Virus record (IMG/VR): IMGVR_UViG_3300010883_027406
Span: 1-64,000 of that record
Length of the DNA: 64,000 nucleotides
Reading direction: 5' to 3' (one strand)
Origin: an uncultured virus (IMG/VR IMGVR_UViG_3300010883_027406)
Lineage: Duplodnaviria; Heunggongvirae; Uroviricota; Caudoviricetes
In this document: in pieces, positions 56,473 to 62,367 of the stretch
Layout of the letters: every line of letters begins with the position of its first letter
Position numbering within the stretch: the first letter of the stretch is position 1
Position numbers and translations under genes: made by a program
Notes under the pieces: generated by a model
Database searches by the model: none
What the model saw: the letters and a program-made list of their open reading frames with translations, nothing else
Told to the model about the DNA's origin: nothing

Positions 56473-56859
56473 TTAAAGGACAGTGATATCAATTATTTTA
56501 GATAATGAATCTGTTAGATCATCAGGTCTTCTTTGGAATATTACGTTCATAATTCTTCCCGTTTGCGGTGTTCTTCCTTTAATTTTTTTGAATTCATCCC
56601 AAGATAAATAAAGTTGTGTGCCGTCTTTTAGTTTTATAGATATTGGGGTCTTTTTTTCTTGGATGATTATTATTTCACTTGTTTTTACGACAGATGGCAA
56701 TACTAAGTCTGTACTGGGGAGGTGCAGAGGTCTCCCTGTCATGGAAAAAGTACTGCTTTGTTCACTTCCTGACATATCGCTAGAAACGAATGCCCCTCCT
56801 GACAAAGATGCGCCAGGGACATTTGTTTCATTAATGAATTCTTTGAAATTTAGTTTCAT
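56473..56859 (-). CDS. hypothetical protein with MKLNFKEFINE leader
   Basis: 128 aa. Confidence 0.7.
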   Translation of the reverse strand: MKLNFKEFINETNVPGASLSGGAFVSSDMSGSEQSSTFSMTGRPLHLPSTDLVLPSVVKTSEIIIIQEKKTPISIKLKDGTQLYLSWDEFKKIKGRTPQTGRIMNVIFQRRPDDLTDSLSKIIDITVL

Positions 56860-56903
56860 TACTCTACTAACTTATAATTAAACACTAACATATTTATGGT
56901 TTC

Positions 56904-57416
56904 ATGGACAATAAAGAAAAAAAAGTTGATAGTAAGGAAGATGTTGATAGTAAGGAAGATGTTGATAGTAAGGAAGATGTTGATAGTAAGGAAGATGTTG
57001 ATAGTAAGGAAGATGTTTGGAAAAATGCTTTTAGATATTCCAGCGAGGTGCATTTGGGCGAGTCTAGTAAGCCCATAGTTCGTCCTGGAGATTTAAAAAT
57101 TAAAAAGGTGGATAATGTAATACCTTTATTTATTGAGTGTGAAAAGGATGGTGTGGATTTTACAGTATTTGCTTATATGGATTATTCTACTAGTACACTA
57201 AAAGTTACTGATGAGTCTTTTTTTTCTTCTGAAGAAGAGATTAAGCTTTTTAAAGAAGCTGTGATTAGTTATTTAATGAATAGGCAACATGGGTTTGAGT
57301 CCCCGCAAGTTCCGCAAGAAATAATTGATGAAGTGAAACAAAGACAAAATGATGTAGAGTCTAGCATTAATTACACTGATTTTTTTGGGAGTGAAAAAGA
57401 TGGCGGAAGCAAATAG
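56904..57416 (+). CDS. hypothetical protein with (V)DSKED repeats
   Basis: 170 aa; the only frame through the repeat that continues as a long ORF. Confidence 0.7.
   Translation: MDNKEKKVDSKEDVDSKEDVDSKEDVDSKEDVDSKEDVWKNAFRYSSEVHLGESSKPIVRPGDLKIKKVDNVIPLFIECEKDGVDFTVFAYMDYSTSTLKVTDESFFSSEEEIKLFKEAVISYLMNRQHGFESPQVPQEIIDEVKQRQNDVESSINYTDFFGSEKDGGSK
56925..57017 (+). repeat. perfect 18-nt tandem repeat x5
   Basis: gttgatagtaaggaagat x5, no spacers. Confidence 0.95.
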
Positions 57417-57651
57417 AATGAATTTCGGTATGGGGGTTATTGGAGAAGAGGGAAAGTCCCCTTTTTTTGATAAGCCATTGACACTGGAACGAGTGCATAA
57501 TTGGATTAGAAAAAATGGAGATATAGAAGAGCCTGTTAAGGAGGAGTTGGTTTTATTGGTCAATAAATATCCTAATTCTGCTTTAAGTTCGTTTGTTAAA
57601 AACTTTGATACTCATTTAGTCAAAGCACGAGAAAATGCCACAAAGAGATAA
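57400..57651 (+). CDS. hypothetical protein
   Basis: GGGAG RBS before ATG 57400. Confidence 0.6.
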   Translation: MAEANRMNFGMGVIGEEGKSPFFDKPLTLERVHNWIRKNGDIEEPVKEELVLLVNKYPNSALSSFVKNFDTHLVKARENATKR

Positions 57652-58117
57652 AGAAGATTCTTTTGTAACGGCGATTCCCAAAATGCCTAAGTCCCCTATA
57701 GCTGACTTCGACATCAATTTTAATTCATTTGTAGATACTGTTTTAAAAGTTGAAAACAAGGAGTTTGTTCCGTCTTATCAAAATCAAAATTCCGCCGCAG
57801 CGGATTTGTTTGCGGATTTGGAAGATGATGTTACCATTGAAGTTGGGAAGGTTTCTTCTATTAAATGTGGTTTTTCAATGGACATCCCATTTGGTTATAA
57901 AGTAATAATCAATCCAAATGCAGAGTTAGCAAATAAAGGGTTCGTAACTTTGAATGGACCGATAGGGTCTTCTGAAAATGGAGAGTTAAATGTTATTGTT
58001 GGCAATTTAGGAGATGAATCCATTGCGATTTGTCGTGGGGACAAGTTTGCGCAAATGATGATTGAACCTACTATTTTTTTTAAATTTGTACAAAAAGACG
58101 ATTATTTGCTTCACTAA
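57635..58117 (+). CDS. trimeric dUTPase-like protein, degenerate active site
   Basis: SAAADL and GDKFAQM retained; RS motif, the GxIDxDY aspartates and motif V are absent. Confidence 0.7.
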   Translation: MPQRDKEDSFVTAIPKMPKSPIADFDINFNSFVDTVLKVENKEFVPSYQNQNSAAADLFADLEDDVTIEVGKVSSIKCGFSMDIPFGYKVIINPNAELANKGFVTLNGPIGSSENGELNVIVGNLGDESIAICRGDKFAQMMIEPTIFFKFVQKDDYLLH

Positions 58118-58133
58118 AATAAGGTGTAATAAA

Positions 58134-58331
58134 ATGAAGATATTTGCTATAATAACAGTAGCCAGACAGGTTGATGGAGACTATGTTTTTATTAAACCTG
58201 AAAAAGCTTTTAAAGAATCAACCGAGGCAGAGTCTTTCGTTAAAACAATTGCCGCACAACGGGCTGAGACAATATCTGGTGTTGAATGCCTTTGTGAAAG
58301 AGGCGTTTTTGAAATAGAAGTTGAAGAATAA
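58134..58331 (+). CDS. hypothetical protein
   Basis: AAGGTG RBS; MKIFAIITVARQ. Confidence 0.65.
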   Translation: MKIFAIITVARQVDGDYVFIKPEKAFKESTEAESFVKTIAAQRAETISGVECLCERGVFEIEVEE

Positions 58332-58361
58332 AGAATAAAGAATAAAGAATAAAGAATAAAG
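58327..58361 (+). repeat. intergenic heptamer repeat (AATAAAG)x5
   Basis: Read directly; the first unit contains the upstream stop codon. Confidence 0.95.
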
Positions 58362-58373
58362 GAAAAAGTTATA

Positions 58374-59108
58374 ATGTCAGAAATTACTCCACATAATCCC
58401 TTGGAAGGGGAGCGTCCCGAACTAACATTAGATTTAAATGATGGTAGTGAGGAACACATCTCTATTGTTATAGTGCATAAAGATCGACCTGAATATTTAA
58501 ATATTTGTTTGCAATCTATAGCTGTTACTAGTTTCAATAATAATTATGAAATTATTGTTGTAGACAATAATTCTGGAAAAGAAAGCCAAGAATTTCTAGA
58601 TGATATTGAGGACGAGGTAACAGTTGTAAGAAACAAGGAGAATCTGTACTGGGGTCCGGCAGCGAATAAAGGTTTTAAAGAAATATCTGAGTCTTCTAAG
58701 TATGTTGTTTTTATGCACTGTGATGTTGTCATAACTAATCCAGCATGGTTGGATCTTCTTGTCAACGTCTCAGAATCTCAGAACGCTGGATTGGTTGGAA
58801 CAGAACTTCAGTCTTACTATATGCAGAATCAAAAAGTAGATTTTATTCAAGAGTGGTTGGTTTTGGTAACAAAGGAGTGTTTTGAGGCTTGTGGGCCTTT
58901 TGAGGCATCAGTTCCTCAAGTAGGTTGTCCGTTCATACTTACCATGCAGTGCCAACGCAAAGGGTTTAATCCTCAAGTTATGAGAAATCCCATTGCTCAT
59001 CATTATCGTATTTTTAGTTTAGATATTAATGATTATGAAAGATTGACTGAACAAGCCACTGTAACTTTGCCTAAGTTAATTCAGGACATTCAGAGTGAAT
59101 CCGTTTAA
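58374..59108 (+). CDS. GT2-family glycosyltransferase
   Basis: ISIVIV, YL..CL.SI, YEIIVVDNNS, N.G, FMHCDV. Confidence 0.88.
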   Translation: MSEITPHNPLEGERPELTLDLNDGSEEHISIVIVHKDRPEYLNICLQSIAVTSFNNNYEIIVVDNNSGKESQEFLDDIEDEVTVVRNKENLYWGPAANKGFKEISESSKYVVFMHCDVVITNPAWLDLLVNVSESQNAGLVGTELQSYYMQNQKVDFIQEWLVLVTKECFEACGPFEASVPQVGCPFILTMQCQRKGFNPQVMRNPIAHHYRIFSLDINDYERLTEQATVTLPKLIQDIQSESV

Positions 59109-59129
59109 ATCGAAGGGTGGCGATTGATC

Positions 59130-59366
59130 ATGAGCTTTGCTGAACAAGAAAATATTGTGGTTTGGAAAGCATATTACAATAAAGAAGAAGATTTATGTTA
59201 TCTTCTAAATACTGATTCGGAAGATTGGTTTGAGTGGCAGGACGAGTATGATGAATGGAGTACTGTTTTTGTTGATTCGATGGACAGGCTTACTTTTGAT
59301 CACGAATTTTCTGATGACACGGAAGCTGATGGCTGGATTATTCCAGATTCGGGTTGGACTTGTTGA
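59130..59366 (+). CDS. acidic hypothetical protein
   Basis: 78 aa. Confidence 0.55.
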   Translation: MSFAEQENIVVWKAYYNKEEDLCYLLNTDSEDWFEWQDEYDEWSTVFVDSMDRLTFDHEFSDDTEADGWIIPDSGWTC

Positions 59367-60090
59367 GTTCAAATTCTCTCACTTTGATACATGTATCAAG
59401 ATAGGTGTCAATGCTTTCTCCCGCATCTTGCCACCAACCTTTAACCATATTGGCTTTTAGCTTTCCTTCTGAAAGATATTGATTGTTAACATCCGTGATT
59501 TCAAATTCGCCTCGCCAAGAAGGGGTTAGGGAATCAATATGCTCCCAAATGTATTTGTCATATAAATAAAGTCCAACCACTGCTAAGTTTGATTTGGGGG
59601 ATTTTGGTTTTTCCACTATAGAAACAACCTCGTTATTTTCGTTTACCTCTGCTACTCCATAGAATTTTGGATTTTTTGTTTTATATGTGAAAACTCGTGC
59701 GCCTGTGGGGTCTTTTGCGAAAGATTGGATTCCCTCAGGAACGGGGCATTCGAATATGTTGTCTCCTAATATCACACAAACGGGGGAATCCCCAGCCCAT
59801 TCTTTAGCCAAGCTGAGAGCGTCGGCTACCCCATTTGGTTCTTTTTGGTAGGCATAGTTTAGAGTTCTTAAACCAAGTGCCTTGCCGTCTTCGAGAACGT
59901 TTAGGAAACTACCTGCATTATTCCCTCCTGACACTAGCAGGACATCTTTTATGCCGCTTTCTACTAGAGTTTTTATAGGCCAATATATCATTGGCTTATT
60001 GTAGATGGGCAAGAGGTTTTTATTGGTTACTTTGGTGAGCGGGTGTAGTCGTGTCCCCATTCCTCCCGCTAATATTATTCCTTTTATCAT
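59338..60090 (-). CDS. rmlA: glucose-1-phosphate thymidylyltransferase (RmlA/SpsI-like)
   Basis: KGIILAGGMGTRLHPLT, LLPIYNKPMI, Q..P.G.A, ILGDN, EKP..PKSN.AV.GLY, RGEFEITD. Confidence 0.92.
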   Translation of the reverse strand: MIKGIILAGGMGTRLHPLTKVTNKNLLPIYNKPMIYWPIKTLVESGIKDVLLVSGGNNAGSFLNVLEDGKALGLRTLNYAYQKEPNGVADALSLAKEWAGDSPVCVILGDNIFECPVPEGIQSFAKDPTGARVFTYKTKNPKFYGVAEVNENNEVVSIVEKPKSPKSNLAVVGLYLYDKYIWEHIDSLTPSWRGEFEITDVNNQYLSEGKLKANMVKGWWQDAGESIDTYLDTCIKVREFELNKSNPNLE

Positions 60091-60096
60091 ATTGTA

Positions 60097-60124
60097 ATTT
60101 TAGCGACATGATGGATTAAATCAA
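60097..60124 (-). promoter_or_regulatory. TTGATT-N16-TAAAAT promoter 6 nt before the rmlA ATG
   Basis: Same geometry as the two promoters at 2725-2782. Confidence 0.65.
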
Positions 60125-60130
60125 TGTGTG

Positions 60131-60562
60131 TTAAACACCATGTTCTTCCACTCGCTCTAGTGCTTCATCGTGTAAATGGGCATCAAAATATTTAAGAAGA
60201 ACTTCTTTCAAGTTGTCTAGAGTGATATGAAAGGTTTTTAATATTGGATGGTTTTTATCAAGTTTTTCATGATTAACTTCTATCGGATCATTGTGGGTTA
60301 TTTCATATTCGTTTGGATCATCGGGAGTCATTTGAACTCCAAAGTCTGCCTTTGATGTATGTCCTTTCATTCCTGGTGTCATTTCATAACTAAGATCATA
60401 CACTACTTGATATACTTCCTTGTCCTCTCCTTGAGAGGGCAGACCTATGATTGCTGGTCTATTATCGGCATATCCAATTTCTTCAACTTCAAACTTATAA
60501 GAACCGCCAGGTATATCATCCCGTGGATCATAATCTTCTAACCAAGTTTTGAATGATTTCAT
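60131..60562 (-). CDS. hypothetical protein with MKSFKTWLE leader
   Basis: 143 aa; AGGA RBS; overlaps the upstream stop. Confidence 0.7.
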   Translation of the reverse strand: MKSFKTWLEDYDPRDDIPGGSYKFEVEEIGYADNRPAIIGLPSQGEDKEVYQVVYDLSYEMTPGMKGHTSKADFGVQMTPDDPNEYEITHNDPIEVNHEKLDKNHPILKTFHITLDNLKEVLLKYFDAHLHDEALERVEEHGV

Positions 60563-60984
60563 AGTTCTTCCTTTATAAATTTATTCCATTCTTCGTGGTC
60601 ATGAATGGTAATTTTATTTTTTGAATAATAATTTGCGTAGGCCATGCAGAATAGTTCTTCGGAATTTTGATTTTGCTTGTTTTTAGTTTTTTTAACTATT
60701 TTTTTCCATTTGGCTTTTAGATCTTTATTTAATAATTCGCCCCATATCAAATGACCTATTTCATGCAGTATTGTAAATTCTCTTCCATAGTTCCAAGGCG
60801 CTGCTATTATTATTTCTTTGTCGTCTATGGAACCAATGTGTTTTGGGTCGTTTTTTAGTGTGCTCTTAGGAGTGAACTTTATTTTATAGTTTTTCACAAG
60901 CTCTTTGTGTGCTTTAGGTAGTTTCCCTAAAGTCTTTTCTACTTGATCTTGTTCTTTTGATTCTATAAATGTTTTAAAGTTCAT
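60559..60984 (-). CDS. zincin-like metallopeptidase domain protein with MNFKTFIE leader
   Basis: TILHEIGH, EELFC.AYA; ATATATAA-N4-ATG. Confidence 0.7.
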   Translation of the reverse strand: MNFKTFIESKEQDQVEKTLGKLPKAHKELVKNYKIKFTPKSTLKNDPKHIGSIDDKEIIIAAPWNYGREFTILHEIGHLIWGELLNKDLKAKWKKIVKKTKNKQNQNSEELFCMAYANYYSKNKITIHDHEEWNKFIKEEL

Positions 60985-61058
60985 AGAGTTATATATTGAA
61001 AAAGGTTATCGTTTTTAATAACACAAGCTCTATTTAGAGCCAAAATTTGTGATGTATG

Positions 61059-61093
61059 GTTTAGCCTTAATTTATTTGGGGCTAAACTTTTTT
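61059..61093 (+). terminator. hairpin plus T-run upstream of phoH
   Basis: gtttagcctt / ggggctaaac followed by tttttt. Confidence 0.4.
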
Positions 61094-61113
61094 ATTATAT
61101 CATATATAACTTG

Positions 61114-61767
61114 ATGGCAAGAAAACCAACTACCAAAAAAAGTCCTCGTAAAACTTTTCATATAGACTTCCTTAATCCTGCACAAAAGGAAGCTTATGAT
61201 TGTTTTTGCGAGAATGATGTTACATTTTTATTAGGACCCGCAGGAGTGGGTAAGTCATATTTGGCAACAGCTTTTGCTATAAACGAAGTTCTTTCTAAGA
61301 GAAAAAAAAGAATTATATTGACTCGCCCTATAGTTGAGGCTGGTGAAAGCTTAGGATTTTTGCCTGGCACTTTTGATGAAAAAGTCAATCCATATATGCT
61401 TCCTTTATTTGACGCAATAACCAAATTGACTGGTTCTGAATCCCAAAAAGAGGCTATAGAGAAAGCTATTGAAGTAGCTCCTTTAGCATATATGAGGGGA
61501 AGGTCTTTTGATGATTCTGTTTGTATATTTGATGAAGCTCAGAACGCTACTAAACAACAATTGAAGCTTTTTTTAAGTCGTTTTAATGATAATAGTAAAG
61601 TAATTGTTACTGGCGATCCACGACAAAGTGATTTGTTGGGCGATGTAGCATTAACATATGTTGTTTCTAGACTAGAGAGTATCGACGGCATTGGCGTTAT
61701 TGAATTTGGCTCAGATTCTATTGTTCGGCATCCTTTAGTCTCTGCAATTCTTGAAAGACTAGAGTAA
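61114..61767 (+). CDS. phoH: PhoH-family ATPase
   Basis: GPAGVGKSYLA, LTRP.VEAGE.LGFLPG, PLAYMRGRSF, DEAQN, VTGD..Q.D, VRHPLV. Confidence 0.95.
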   Translation: MARKPTTKKSPRKTFHIDFLNPAQKEAYDCFCENDVTFLLGPAGVGKSYLATAFAINEVLSKRKKRIILTRPIVEAGESLGFLPGTFDEKVNPYMLPLFDAITKLTGSESQKEAIEKAIEVAPLAYMRGRSFDDSVCIFDEAQNATKQQLKLFLSRFNDNSKVIVTGDPRQSDLLGDVALTYVVSRLESIDGIGVIEFGSDSIVRHPLVSAILERLE

Positions 61768-61806
61768 ATAATACATACTATTAGTCTTTTTTTATGGAGT
61801 TGTTTG

Positions 61807-62367
61807 ATGGCAGTGGTTAGCGAACTTTCCTTGAAGTGGAATGTAGGTAAACTTCCCCTTAAGAATTATCGTGTTGAGGGGTGTTGTATTGTGCCCGGCC
61901 AGAATACTACTGGATTTGACACTGGTCAAACCACTCCTGACACAGGAGCGCCCAATCCTAATGCTGGCCTTAAGTGCGAGTCTAGATTTGTTGTTAATAT
62001 ATTAGCAAGAGATCTGGGTGATTTGTGCCTTCAGTTAAGAAAGAGGGAATTTTATTGGCCTATCTGCAAAATACAGGTTTTTAACCAACCGGCACAGGGG
62101 GCAAACCTTAAAGGATTTGGTAATCCATTGGGACCACCCAACACCGATTGCTGTTCTGACATATATGGAGACCCCACAGAAGCAGCGCCATCTGGTCCTA
62201 ATGTGCCTAATGCAAATGAAGTGGAATTTCAAACTTTAACTGACATTCCACATGTCGTATGGGCTAATGTTCCTGAATGTATAGACTATAATGTTACCCA
62301 TATATACAAAAAGTTAAATTTTTCAATTGCAGTTGAAAGGGTGTTTGTTTTTGGGGGCGGTGAATAA
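61807..62367 (+). CDS. hypothetical protein, probably virion-associated
   Basis: GGAG RBS; coupled (TAATG) to the following large repeat protein. Confidence 0.65.
   Translation: MAVVSELSLKWNVGKLPLKNYRVEGCCIVPGQNTTGFDTGQTTPDTGAPNPNAGLKCESRFVVNILARDLGDLCLQLRKREFYWPICKIQVFNQPAQGANLKGFGNPLGPPNTDCCSDIYGDPTEAAPSGPNVPNANEVEFQTLTDIPHVVWANVPECIDYNVTHIYKKLNFSIAVERVFVFGGGE

Noticed and set aside
56894-57078. CRISPR array, and the overlapping ORFs 56859-57053(-), 56894-57076(-), 56896-57078(+)
   Set aside because: The 18-nt units are contiguous with no spacers and no cas genes. The extra ORFs are stop-free shadows of the repeat.
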